Source: Verrucomicrobiota bacterium
Lineage (GTDB): Bacteria; Verrucomicrobiota; Verrucomicrobiia; Verrucomicrobiales; DEV007
DNA length: 47,686 bases
Direction: 5' to 3'
Assembly (NCBI GenBank): GCA_045046875.1
Contig: JASFYY010000153.1
Location: forward strand, 1 to 47,686
The translations under genes were made by a program, and so were the position numbers. Of the stretch, positions 9,985 to 19,937 are shown in pieces. Position 1 is the stretch's first letter; every line of letters starts with the position of its first letter. Under the pieces are notes generated by a model. It made no database searches. It was given only the letters and a program-made list of their open reading frames with translations, and was not told the origin of the DNA.

Positions 9985-11151
9985 ATGAAAAAATCCCTGT
10001 TCCCCATCCTGTTGCTCTCATTCACCCTCTCCATCAGCCTCAACTCCGCCGAGCCACCCGAGTTCAAATGGCGCGAAGTCGAAATCGACCAGATCGAGAT
10101 CGGTTACGGCCTGCAATTGACCGATGTGGATGGTGACGGTAAAACCGACATCGTGTTGGCCGACAAAAAAACCATCCAGTGGTATCAAAACCCCACTTGG
10201 AAAAAACACATCATCGCCAAAGACCTGACCGAGCGCGACAATGTTTGCATCACCGCTCGCGACATCGACGGCGACGGCAAATGTGAAATCGCCACCGGAG
10301 GTCAATGGAATTTCCGCGAAACACAAAAAGACGGCGCAGTGTTTTATCTCATCCCGCCCGCTGACCGGACCCAACTGTGGACTCCGGTGAAACTCTACAA
10401 CGAACCCAACACCCACCGCATGCACTGGATCAAAGGGGCTGATGGTCAGTTCACCCTGGCAGTCAAACCCCTGCGTGGACGCGGCAGCGTGGAGGGCGTC
10501 GGCCCGGGTTTGAAAATGCTCGAGTATTTCAAACCAGCCGATGTCAAAAGTGAATGGAAAACCCAAGTCATCGGTGATTTCACCCACCTCTCGCACAACT
10601 TCCACCCCGTCAACTGGGACGACGATCCGGAAGACGAACTGATCACCGCCAGCAAAGAAGGCATCTGGCACTTTGACCGCAAAAATGGAAAATGGATCTC
10701 ACGTCAGCTGACCAGGGATTTCGCCGGAGAAATCCGTGACGGCCGCCTGCCCAACGGCAAACGTTTCATCGTCACCATCGAGCCCATGCACGGCGTCCGT
10801 TCTTCTGTCTATGTTCAACCCGACGACGACAAGGGCCTGTGGGACAAATTGTCCGTGCTCGACGATGCTCTGATCGACGGCCACGCCATCGCCGTCGCCG
10901 ATTACCTCGGCACCGGCTCCGACCAAATCGTCATCGGCTGGCGAGCCTTTCATCCCAAGGGAACTCCCGGCATCAAACTGTTCACTCCCCTCGATGAGAA
11001 TGGGGGGAAATGGCGCGAAACCAAAATTTTAAGCGAACAACTTGCCGTCGAAGACATCAAAGCCGCCGACCTCAATGGTGACGGCAAAGCCGACTTTGTC
11101 GCAGCCGCCCGCCAGACCAAGAACTTGAAGATCTTCTTCAGCCAACCTTGA
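9985..11151 (+). CDS. secreted FG-GAP/VCBS beta-propeller protein, aldos-2-ulose dehydratase propeller-like
   Basis: signal peptide from ATG 9985; DVDGDGKTD, DIDGDG, DLNGDGKAD repeats; HRMHW, IEPMHG, GHAIAVAD motifs. Confidence 0.75.
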   Translation: MKKSLFPILLLSFTLSISLNSAEPPEFKWREVEIDQIEIGYGLQLTDVDGDGKTDIVLADKKTIQWYQNPTWKKHIIAKDLTERDNVCITARDIDGDGKCEIATGGQWNFRETQKDGAVFYLIPPADRTQLWTPVKLYNEPNTHRMHWIKGADGQFTLAVKPLRGRGSVEGVGPGLKMLEYFKPADVKSEWKTQVIGDFTHLSHNFHPVNWDDDPEDELITASKEGIWHFDRKNGKWISRQLTRDFAGEIRDGRLPNGKRFIVTIEPMHGVRSSVYVQPDDDKGLWDKLSVLDDALIDGHAIAVADYLGTGSDQIVIGWRAFHPKGTPGIKLFTPLDENGGKWRETKILSEQLAVEDIKAADLNGDGKADFVAAARQTKNLKIFFSQP

Positions 11152-11287
11152 CTAAGGATTCCTTAACTTTCTCGTTCAAAACTCCTCTCGACCGCCGAAG
11201 TCTTAACGAAGGAGTTTGTTCGATATTGCTTTCGGGTAGTATCCTCCAGCTGTCTCCCCAGTAGACTGGATCGGTTCAACACCCCCC

Positions 11288-13072
11288 CTACCGCTCCACA
11301 TCCTTCACCGCAATCTTCAAATGCCGCGCCCGTGGCGCATTGCCCCAGCCCTCACTGGCATCGATGAAACCGATCCACAATTCACCCGGTTCATTCTCCA
11401 TGATATACGAATAGGTCGCATACCCTCGGGCAATGATCGTAGACTCTCCCCAGCTCTTGCCTTCATCACTGGAGAAAGCAAGATGCAACTCACTGCGCCG
11501 ATTCGGATTCCAGGTCAAAGCCAACCTTCCATCCGTCATGCGAATGAGATGTCCCGGTGAGTGACTGCTCTTGATCTTGGTCGGCTCCGCTTTTGACCAA
11601 GTGAGTCCACCATCACTAGAGTATGATTCCCAGAAAAATCCACGCGCCGTGCGAATCAACATCCACAAACGTTTGTCGTTCAACTCGATCACACAAGGTT
11701 CAACCGCTCCCGCATGATCACCAGCTCCGCCGATGTCGATTTTATTACTGAGCTTCCAAGTCTTCCCCCCATCACTCGACACGGTGGTGCGTGATACCAG
11801 CCGCCCAGGATTGGCTACATAATGGGAAAAAGGCACCACAATATTGCCGTCACTCGTTTCCGCCGCACCGTTGGTGCTCCCCGTATAACCCTTGAACACC
11901 ATTTGCGGATCGGTCCAGCTTTTACCACCATCACTGCTGCGCACCGTATAAAGATCACTACGAGTATTTTCAGTAGGATTCTCAGTTTTTCGATCCCAGG
12001 CGTGCTGTTGATAGGCCAGAAAAAACACATGCAAAACACCATCACCAGCACGAAACGCGGTGGGGTGCGCCGAGCGTCCCTGTGGCAAACGGGTGATCTC
12101 CTGCTCCGCCTCCCAGCTCTTTCCTCCATCACGAGTGATACGTCCTGCAATAAAACATTCACCGGGCTTGCCCGCATAACTCGTCGGCGTGGAATACACT
12201 GACATCACCGCCCCGTCATCAAGTTTGACCAGAGCAGGCCCAAGCACCGCCAAGTGATCCGTGTCGTGAGTGATATTGATCGAGCGCGGGTGCATCGTTA
12301 CCCGATCACCGCTGCGATGCCAGACCGTGAACGGTTTCCGGGCAAAACGTTTATCTCCGGTAGCCAATTGTTTGATCAACAAATCGACAATGATACGGTG
12401 CCCCACACTTCCCGGGTGCATGCCATCAGGCGTCAACGATCCTGCTGTGTGTTTGGGCTGCGCGTCATAAGCCTCGAAAGCGGCAAACACATCCACCAAT
12501 TCGACATTCTCTTTTTTAGCGATCTCCCGCACCGCGGCCACGTAGTCACGCAACAGCACATTAAAACCGTCAACCTCATCCGGTTGGTAAGGGGGCTTGC
12601 CATACAATTCGCGGGTCTTTGGTGCCCAGTGAATCGGATTCGAAGTCATCAATACCACCCGCACACCTTGTTTTTTCAGCACTCGAATCATGCCTTCGAG
12701 ATTACTGCGGTAGTTTTTCAAAGACACCCGGGGCTTTGTTGCCGGAGTTTTTTTCCACACATCAACCGCCGCGTCATTAATGCCAAACATGATCACCACC
12801 ACATCCGGTTTCAAATCCAATACATCCTTCGCGAAACGAGCTTTACCCATTTTACTGGTATGCCCCCCGATCCCCGCATTGACCACTTTCACATTCTTTC
12901 CCTCAAAAGAAATCTCATCCGCAAGCAAATTCGAATAAACCTCCAAACTGCCTCGCTGCGCCGTAACCGAATCCCCGAAAGTAACAATGGTCGAGGTCTC
13001 AGCGGCGAGCGAAGCCACCACATTAGAAAAAAAAAGACTACAGATCGTCGCAGACAATAATAAACGGTTCAT
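11288..13072 (-). CDS. SGNH/GDSL esterase fused to a BNR-repeat sialidase-like propeller
   Basis: FGDSVT, NAGIGG, FGIND, DGMHP (complete SGNH blocks); five Asp-boxes (T/S.D.G..W). Confidence 0.88.
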   Translation of the reverse strand: MNRLLLSATICSLFFSNVVASLAAETSTIVTFGDSVTAQRGSLEVYSNLLADEISFEGKNVKVVNAGIGGHTSKMGKARFAKDVLDLKPDVVVIMFGINDAAVDVWKKTPATKPRVSLKNYRSNLEGMIRVLKKQGVRVVLMTSNPIHWAPKTRELYGKPPYQPDEVDGFNVLLRDYVAAVREIAKKENVELVDVFAAFEAYDAQPKHTAGSLTPDGMHPGSVGHRIIVDLLIKQLATGDKRFARKPFTVWHRSGDRVTMHPRSINITHDTDHLAVLGPALVKLDDGAVMSVYSTPTSYAGKPGECFIAGRITRDGGKSWEAEQEITRLPQGRSAHPTAFRAGDGVLHVFFLAYQQHAWDRKTENPTENTRSDLYTVRSSDGGKSWTDPQMVFKGYTGSTNGAAETSDGNIVVPFSHYVANPGRLVSRTTVSSDGGKTWKLSNKIDIGGAGDHAGAVEPCVIELNDKRLWMLIRTARGFFWESYSSDGGLTWSKAEPTKIKSSHSPGHLIRMTDGRLALTWNPNRRSELHLAFSSDEGKSWGESTIIARGYATYSYIMENEPGELWIGFIDASEGWGNAPRARHLKIAVKDVER

Positions 13073-13250
13073 GGGGGATGATGGAGTGTTTGGTTCTACC
13101 GCCGCTATATAACGGCAACTCTAAAAAATATCGCCAAATCAATTCCACGCAAGCCCTCACCTCTGGTATCTTCAAGATACCACACACAGAACTCAATACC
13201 GTTGCGTCCCACATCTCTCTCTAGCTCATTTCAAACTTCCGCCATCCCTC

Positions 13251-14363
13251 CTAAATCCGGATGAAGATTTTTTTCTTATACATCCAGTAACACATATACC
13301 ACAGGGCAAACCACACGATCAAATTGGTGGCAGCCTCCGTAGGAATAAACTCAATGTGATCAAACACCGCCCCGGAAAAAGGCTTGATCACCTTACGCAC
13401 CAAACCAGCCCCGCCGATGTGGGCAAAGAGGTAGATGAACAATGGGTTCATCCCCACCACAGTGAAAAACAACACTCCCTTTTTCATATTCAACACATCG
13501 ATGATCCAATACGAAAGAGCAAAAGCCAACAGCGTCCAGCCACCACTGACAACTACAAACGATGAAGTGGCGATGCGCTTGATAATCGGAGTCATCGGGT
13601 CCATCAAATAGCCCAAACCCACCCCGATCAAACCTGCGACGACTAGAATCCTAAGCTTTTCCATTTTAGACCGGTCGCTCATCAGCAAAACTCCCACCAT
13701 CGCCCCCCAAATGGTGTGCGCCGTCGTCGGCAGCGCATTGAAGACCACCCAATGGCCACCGTTGAGCTCCCCTGCAATAAGCATATCCACATACGCTCCG
13801 AAGTTTTTGTCTGCCACAAAAGCTTGATCAAAACCAGAAATCCCCGCTGCTCGGTAAAGCAGTTCAGTCACAGCCAGAATTACCAGTGAGGCAATCAACT
13901 GAGTCCGTAACGAATACTTAAGCAGAAAAAAGGTAATGAGATAAGTCACCGAAAGCTGCGACAACACATTATGAAAACGCCAGGTGATATGCCCGGGTCC
14001 GATACAATACAAGGCCCATCCCAATAACAGTAACAGACCCGCTCGCTGAATGGCATGTTTGCGAATCAGCGCATAACTGTCCCCGCGCAAGGTCCGGCTA
14101 CGAAAGGACATCGGCATCGACACACCGACGATGAACATAAAAGCAGGCTGAATCAAATCCCACATCCGCAAGCCATTCCAAGGATGATGATGAAACTGCA
14201 TCCCCAACGAATGCCAAAAAGTCCCCTCCGCCTCTGGGTTGATCACAAAAAAGAAAATGTGTGCCGATTCACCAATCAACAAAAACATCACCGCCCCACG
14301 GAAAAAATCCAAAGACAACAAGCGCTCCGGCTTGGCTGTTTTCTCAAGTAAAACTTCACTCAT
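13251..14363 (-). CDS. heparan-alpha-glucosaminide N-acetyltransferase-like membrane acyltransferase (DUF5009-type)
   Basis: RLLSLDFFRG, HHPWNG...WDLIQPAFMFIVGVSMP, PIIKRIATSSF, VGMNPLFIY. Confidence 0.85.
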   Translation of the reverse strand: MSEVLLEKTAKPERLLSLDFFRGAVMFLLIGESAHIFFFVINPEAEGTFWHSLGMQFHHHPWNGLRMWDLIQPAFMFIVGVSMPMSFRSRTLRGDSYALIRKHAIQRAGLLLLLGWALYCIGPGHITWRFHNVLSQLSVTYLITFFLLKYSLRTQLIASLVILAVTELLYRAAGISGFDQAFVADKNFGAYVDMLIAGELNGGHWVVFNALPTTAHTIWGAMVGVLLMSDRSKMEKLRILVVAGLIGVGLGYLMDPMTPIIKRIATSSFVVVSGGWTLLAFALSYWIIDVLNMKKGVLFFTVVGMNPLFIYLFAHIGGAGLVRKVIKPFSGAVFDHIEFIPTEAATNLIVWFALWYMCYWMYKKKIFIRI

Positions 14364-14406
14364 AACTAAGCATCTGCCCCTCAACTACAAAGCTCCGATC
14401 TTGCCA

Positions 14407-17085
14407 CTACTTTTTCTTCTTCCCCTTCTTAGCCCCCAGGGATTCAATATACATAATAATCGATTCAATCTGGTAATCCTTCAACACTCCGAGATAAGGC
14501 GGCATGCCCTCCCCTTTTTCATCAAAGCCCTTCACCAGATGACGACCCGGATCGAGGATCGATTCTTTAATATAAGCACCGTCCACTCTCTTCAAAACCG
14601 AACCATCGGCAAACTCCCGCCGAATGCCCCACAACCCCTTCCAGGTTGGCCCGACCACCTGCCCTTCGGCGACCATTTTCGCCGCCGATCCATCGACGGT
14701 GTGACACGCCATGCAACCAAACATCTGGTAAATTTTCTTCCCTTCTTCAATTGAGGGATCCGGAGTTTTCATCGTCATACCCGCTCCTTTTTTCAAAGTC
14801 ATGTCAGGTTTCAGATCACCAAAACCTTCTTTTTTGAGATCCATTTTTTTCAAACCATGAACCGTGAGGTAAGTGCTTCTGATCACCGGCAAATCCGTCT
14901 TCACCGCCATGCGATAAGTCACCCCCATCGACTGCACCACCTTCATATCCGGAATCGCCAAAAACACCGCTTTGCGGTCCTCGGACAAATAAGCATTAGC
15001 CACTGGTAGACCTTCCTGCCCGGGTTCGTCATCCAATTTGTAATTGCCAGAGCCGTAATCTTTAGTTCGATGGTAATTCCAACGATCCACGGTGTAAGAG
15101 AAAAGACTCGTCGCAATGTCTTTTTCCAACTCAACCCCGAAACGCAACAACACCCCTTTGTCACACGATCTCACATCCAACGGCACATAACTCGGCGCCC
15201 CCGTATAACGCACACGATGCACACCGCTGACATCTCCTGCAACTGTTCCCCAAATCTTGAACCCACAGATGAACAATTGCCCATCAACAGGATCAATCGT
15301 GCCTTTCATCGTCGCCGACGAAAAACCGCTCAATACCGAACTCACCGCTCCCTGACGCGGCCCGCCAGGTTGGTCATCGATATATACCTTGAACAACTCC
15401 GGACGACTATAACCGATGTGAACCAACGAATCGTTCAGCGGCCCCATCTTCGCGTTGCGTGGCGTCACCTGACTCGCTCCGGACTGATTGACAAAATGGG
15501 GAATCCACACTGCAGGCTCGGTGATCTTTTTCGGATGCACCGGTTTTTTTAACGCCACTGGTAGATAACCATAGTGGTTCGCTTTTTCAATCACCTGAAT
15601 CGGCGTGGCAGGAACCCAGTTGCCCTGCTGATCACTCGCGGTCACTCTGCCCGTCTGCATGTCACAACCGATATAAGGCTGGCGCAGACCCCGACCGATC
15701 ACTTTATACGAACGCCCGTCCTTGGCGACCTCGACTACCGAACCGTTAAATTTCACATTGGTCGCAACCGCCTGACCACCTTTGGCGAGAATAAAACCCC
15801 CGCCCGGTTTTTTCGCCATGTCCATGGCAAACTCCCGGGTCTCAGCTGACTGCGCCACCACATTGGAAAAGTTTTCATAAAAATCCACCTGCCCGTCGCC
15901 ATCCTCATCGTGCAAACGCACGATACCATTGCGGTCGGCCACATAAATCACATCGTCCACAATCTGCAGCCCCTTCGGTTCGTGCAATCCGGAAGCATGA
16001 CGCTTCCATTTCACCTCTTTCATATCCCCCGTCACTCCCGTCGCCAACCACACGTCCCCATCAAAACCAACCACCGCCAGACGACCGTCGGAAAAGAAAT
16101 CCAAAGCTCCAATGCGAACATTACGTTTCCATGGATTGGGCACCGGCAAAGGAATCTTATCAATCACGTAAGCGTCTTTTGCATCGCTCATCACCCCCTT
16201 CACCACCACCGCTTTTTTCCAGCTAGGATCGCTCCATTTTTCCACTTTCGGCAGGGACGTCATCGCAGGGACCGCTTCACCAAAAGCCACTAGATGGGTA
16301 ACCGTCACCTCTTTATCCGACTCTTTGATCGTATGAAAAATCGTCTTACCCTCTTTCAATCCCAACACCCGCTTGAAAGGTTCCGTGTGCGGCGCCACCA
16401 CCCACTCGTAAACCAGCCCTTTGCCATCTGCACTTGCCGCGACCCGCTCTTTTATTTTCACTCCACCAATTTCATACTCCAAAATCACCCCACCTTTGAT
16501 CAAACGCACCCCGCCCCACCGTCCCATTTCCACCGGTAAAGGCCCCAAAGCTACTCGCTGCATATTCTCACTATCTTCACCTCCCGTTTGGTCTAAAGCT
16601 GGAGCCATGCTACGCGGATCTTTCAGCTTAGGCTCCCCTTCCCCTATCGACCAACCTGGATAAATCCCATTCGCCAACAGCGGTGTCCCGATCGGTTGCG
16701 GCAAAGTCTTCGTCCCGGGAGGAGCCTTTTTGCTCGGCACGCGATAGGAACCTGCCGACATGCTATTCATCGTCAACCATTCACCGTCCTTACTCTCTTT
16801 CCAGATCAGCGCGAAGCGCAACAAATCCGTATCAAAAGCCGCATGCACCCCCTGTCCCAGATCCAAAATAATCGCTCGCGGCGTCAAATTATTCGCCGGC
16901 CATTCTTTGCCCAAATCCCGCGCATCAAAGGTAGATGAGAAATAGGGGAATTCCGGCTCAATGAACTCGGCAAACTCCGATGGCAAAGCTGAGTGTTTAT
17001 TATCCGGCCCAGCCCAGATCGTTTGCCCCAACTGACAACAAGTCATGATCGCAAGGGTGGCGGTAGTCTTGAAAATTTTCATCAA
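14407..17085 (-). CDS. DUF6797-type secreted protein with beta-propeller and C-terminal c-type cytochrome
   Basis: LTPRAIIL..FDTDLLR N-domain; P.PNPW, GLHEPKGL, GLRQP, DQQGNWVP propeller motifs; CMACH heme motif and GPTWKGL...MPPY. Confidence 0.8.
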   Translation of the reverse strand: MMKIFKTTATLAIMTCCQLGQTIWAGPDNKHSALPSEFAEFIEPEFPYFSSTFDARDLGKEWPANNLTPRAIILDLGQGVHAAFDTDLLRFALIWKESKDGEWLTMNSMSAGSYRVPSKKAPPGTKTLPQPIGTPLLANGIYPGWSIGEGEPKLKDPRSMAPALDQTGGEDSENMQRVALGPLPVEMGRWGGVRLIKGGVILEYEIGGVKIKERVAASADGKGLVYEWVVAPHTEPFKRVLGLKEGKTIFHTIKESDKEVTVTHLVAFGEAVPAMTSLPKVEKWSDPSWKKAVVVKGVMSDAKDAYVIDKIPLPVPNPWKRNVRIGALDFFSDGRLAVVGFDGDVWLATGVTGDMKEVKWKRHASGLHEPKGLQIVDDVIYVADRNGIVRLHDEDGDGQVDFYENFSNVVAQSAETREFAMDMAKKPGGGFILAKGGQAVATNVKFNGSVVEVAKDGRSYKVIGRGLRQPYIGCDMQTGRVTASDQQGNWVPATPIQVIEKANHYGYLPVALKKPVHPKKITEPAVWIPHFVNQSGASQVTPRNAKMGPLNDSLVHIGYSRPELFKVYIDDQPGGPRQGAVSSVLSGFSSATMKGTIDPVDGQLFICGFKIWGTVAGDVSGVHRVRYTGAPSYVPLDVRSCDKGVLLRFGVELEKDIATSLFSYTVDRWNYHRTKDYGSGNYKLDDEPGQEGLPVANAYLSEDRKAVFLAIPDMKVVQSMGVTYRMAVKTDLPVIRSTYLTVHGLKKMDLKKEGFGDLKPDMTLKKGAGMTMKTPDPSIEEGKKIYQMFGCMACHTVDGSAAKMVAEGQVVGPTWKGLWGIRREFADGSVLKRVDGAYIKESILDPGRHLVKGFDEKGEGMPPYLGVLKDYQIESIIMYIESLGAKKGKKKK

Positions 17086-17151
17086 CAGAACCTATGCCTC
17101 CTCCAAGCGCAGTCGGCAAGCTCAAACCTCACCATAAACAACTCTCATCCC

Positions 17152-17210
17152 CCCACCCCCTTGTAGAGCAGAACTCCGATTCTGCTCCTCTTCTCACTTA
17201 CCAAACAAAC
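17152..17210. repeat. 59-bp direct repeat, copy 1 (duplicate of the 3' end and hairpin of the 17478-18917 gene)
   Basis: identical to 17436-17494. Confidence 0.95.
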
Positions 17211-17250
17211 ATCAACCCTCATATTCAAATGGGTGTTTAAAATATCTACA

Positions 17251-17403
17251 AACCACTGATATCACTGATGAACACTGATTTTCCTGAGAATAAAAAACCG
17301 CCATCGAATAAAGCTTGATCAAACAGCTCTTCACTTCTTCCCCGGGGTATTTTCCTCCAACTTCCCGCTAGACATCAGTGCCTATCAGTGAAAATCAGTG
17401 GTT
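17251..17403. mobile_element. 153-bp non-autonomous element with triple-heptamer terminal inverted repeats (CACTGAT x3 / ATCAGTG x3)
   Basis: AAC-CACTGAT-AT-CACTGAT-GAA-CACTGAT at 17251; ATCAGTG-CCT-ATCAGTG-AAA-ATCAGTG-GTT ending at 17403. Confidence 0.75.
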
Positions 17404-17435
17404 AGAACTTGAAGACTTACTAATATCCCAACAAA

Positions 17436-17494
17436 CCCACCCCCTTGTAGAGCAGAACTCCGATTCTGCTCCTCTTCTCACTTACCAAACAAAC
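17436..17494. repeat. 59-bp direct repeat, copy 2; contains GTAG-led palindrome GAGCAGAA-CTCCGA-TTCTGCTC (REP-like or terminator)
   Basis: identical to 17152-17210; overlaps the last 17 nt of the CDS. Confidence 0.95.
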
Positions 17495-18917
17495 CCTTAA
17501 GCAAGCTCTTGCCCACATCCTTCAGACTTTCGATGGTCTGCTTGCCTTGATCAATCAACTCAGTCAGATTGCCAAAAGGCGTGATGATATCCACTTTAGG
17601 TTTGCCCAGATCCCCCTTCGAAACAAAATCAAAAGCAATGCGTCCATCTCTCATCGCAGGCTGCAACACCAAATCCTTCAAACTATCAGAGTAGAAATTC
17701 TTGGCCTTCTTTTTAAGATAAGAATCAACCTTCTTGGTCAGCTTGGCGGTCAAGGCATCGGAAGCCATCACCGAACCTTTCAAATAATGCTGATTAGCTC
17801 CCGCATCCAACCAACAGCCACGGGCAAAAACAAAATCCGTGTCCGGCAAGGGCAAGGCCAGATTTTTTTCCAACAGAAACTTACCGGCATGTCCTTTGAG
17901 CCTTGTGCTCGCATCCTTGGTAAGCACACCTCCCACTTGAAGATCTGAAAGGTCCACGCCCGCTGTGTCCACCCCTGACAACAGTTCCTTGAGTTTGTCC
18001 ACCATCGGGAAAGTGTTGATTGTCGAACCCTTTTTGATAGTCAAATTGCTCACCCAACTCGGATCGATCTTACCACTGGAGGGATCAAACGGGCGCACTT
18101 CGCCGTCACCCGCGAGCGACACACTGATCTGCTTAACCTTTTTTTCACCATCCTCCACCACCAAATCTCCGCTAAAAGAAAACGCCGCATGGTTGTGCTT
18201 GAGCAAATCACTTGGATCCACTTCAATTTGACTCAACTTCAACTGCATATTGGACAGGCTCAGCAAAGAGCTGCCACTCTCAATCGTCGCATTGATGCTT
18301 CCGTTCTGCATTTCCACGCTGTCGGCAAAAGTAGAGATCCCCATATCCTTTGCCGAAAAACCTTCTTTACCCTTGTTAACCTGAACCACCACTCCCTCGC
18401 CACCCTCGGATTTCACCGCTGCAGGCTTTGTTTCTTTTGCCTTGTCTGCTGTTTTGACTTCTCCGCTTTCGATCTTCGTTTGCCTCGGAGATTCAAACAA
18501 ATCCTGAACCGAAGGCCTGCCGTTTTTGCGGATCCTGGTATTGATCGTCACATCCTTGATCAATAACTGCCGAATACTGATACGCCTCTTGAGCAAGTCG
18601 CCCAACTCCACCTCAAGCTTGGCCAGTTCAACACTCACCTCCACCTTCTCCATCGGTGGACGCTCTGCCAACGGCGTTCCCTTCTCAGCAAACTCATCAC
18701 GCGTAGCCAAACGCACCCCAAACAATTCCAAACCACTCTTTTTACCCAACAGCCTGACCTTCAAACCAGACACCTCTGCGCGGCAATTCCACTGCTCTTC
18801 AATTTTCTGAACCAAAAACTCCGGAGTCAAAAAACCTATCGCCAAATGCCGGGCCACAAAAAACCCGCCAACCAGGAGAACAATGCCAACGATCGCTATG
18901 ATACCTATTTTTTTCAC
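17478..18917 (-). CDS. AsmA-like envelope protein
   Basis: N-terminal membrane anchor, beta-rich body with LGDLLKRRISIRQLLI, C-terminal GDLGKPKV...LLKGLF typical of AsmA-like proteins. Confidence 0.6.
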   Translation of the reverse strand: MKKIGIIAIVGIVLLVGGFFVARHLAIGFLTPEFLVQKIEEQWNCRAEVSGLKVRLLGKKSGLELFGVRLATRDEFAEKGTPLAERPPMEKVEVSVELAKLEVELGDLLKRRISIRQLLIKDVTINTRIRKNGRPSVQDLFESPRQTKIESGEVKTADKAKETKPAAVKSEGGEGVVVQVNKGKEGFSAKDMGISTFADSVEMQNGSINATIESGSSLLSLSNMQLKLSQIEVDPSDLLKHNHAAFSFSGDLVVEDGEKKVKQISVSLAGDGEVRPFDPSSGKIDPSWVSNLTIKKGSTINTFPMVDKLKELLSGVDTAGVDLSDLQVGGVLTKDASTRLKGHAGKFLLEKNLALPLPDTDFVFARGCWLDAGANQHYLKGSVMASDALTAKLTKKVDSYLKKKAKNFYSDSLKDLVLQPAMRDGRIAFDFVSKGDLGKPKVDIITPFGNLTELIDQGKQTIESLKDVGKSLLKGLFGK

Positions 18918-18964
18918 AATATTAACCGAGCTGAAAGCAACTCTCCTTTATCTTAATCCCGCAC

Positions 18965-19819
18965 TCAGTCATTGGAGCTGAAATCCAATTCCCTCACCCA
19001 AACATTGCGGTAACGCATCGGGTTGCCATGATCCTGAAGCTTAAAACTCATCTTAGCCGGATGTTTTTTATACTTGGCCACCGACTTATGCCCTGTCGAC
19101 CCCAGATAAGCCTGACGGTGCTGGGTCAGCACTCCGTTATGAATAATCGTCACATAAGCTTTTTTGAGCACCTTGCCTGCATCATCGAATTTGGGAGCTT
19201 CAAAAATGATATCGTAAGTTTGCCATTCCCCGGATTTACGTGAGGCATTCACCAGGGGCGGCTTCCAGCCATACAAGGAGGACGCCTGCCCATCGGCATA
19301 GGTCTTATTATCATAAGAATCCAAAACCTGAACCTCATACTGACCCATCAACAAAATACCGCTGTTGCCGCGTCCTTGCGAGTTACTGATCGCTTCAGCC
19401 GGAGTGCGCCATTCAATGTGTAACTGGATGTCGCCGAATTCTTTTTTAGTGAACAAATACCCACCTTTGCCTGATTTTTTCGCAGGCACCTCCATATATC
19501 CATCCTTCACAATCCATTCACCATCCGATCCGTCTTGTTTTTTCCATTGGGACAAATCACTGCCGTCAAACAATACCAAGGCATCAGAGGGCGCCTCACC
19601 CGCTTTTTTGCCTGCCGTCACCACCTTCGGCCGTGGACGATTATCATCATGCACCCGCCACTTACCTCCGGGTAAAAAAGGAGTGTCTGTATAGCCAGTG
19701 GCATGAGCCTTGGCTGCCTTTTTCCCATCTGCAGCGTAGGACAGGGATAACAAAACACTTGCCGTCAGTAAAAAAACAGTCAGCGGCAAGGCGGTAGCGA
19801 TTCGGATCTTCATATTCAT
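18965..19819 (-). CDS. DUF1080 (3-keto-disaccharide hydrolase) family protein
   Basis: APSDALVLFDG, FGDIQLHIEW, GNSG, YEVQVLDS, GEWQTYDI, LQDHG...YRNVW. Confidence 0.92.
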   Translation of the reverse strand: MNMKIRIATALPLTVFLLTASVLLSLSYAADGKKAAKAHATGYTDTPFLPGGKWRVHDDNRPRPKVVTAGKKAGEAPSDALVLFDGSDLSQWKKQDGSDGEWIVKDGYMEVPAKKSGKGGYLFTKKEFGDIQLHIEWRTPAEAISNSQGRGNSGILLMGQYEVQVLDSYDNKTYADGQASSLYGWKPPLVNASRKSGEWQTYDIIFEAPKFDDAGKVLKKAYVTIIHNGVLTQHRQAYLGSTGHKSVAKYKKHPAKMSFKLQDHGNPMRYRNVWVRELDFSSND

Positions 19820-19937
19820 CGGGGTTAACAAAAGGGTATCAAAAATCATTTATACACGCGCAATGCTCAAAGATCAAACGCCACGTATGATACATACTAG
19901 AGAATCAGCCAAAGCTAGCAAATGCTCTCCGTTAAGC

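Noticed and set aside
12254..13060. Long antisense/shadow ORFs (also 20238-20909, 20937-21617, 32065-32730, 40902-41669, 41791-42561)
   Set aside because: They overlap well-supported CDSs on the opposite strand, lack motifs, and are explained by codon bias and skew.
17152..17494. CRISPR array
   Set aside because: Only two 59-bp copies 225 bp apart, overlapping a CDS end; no cas genes.
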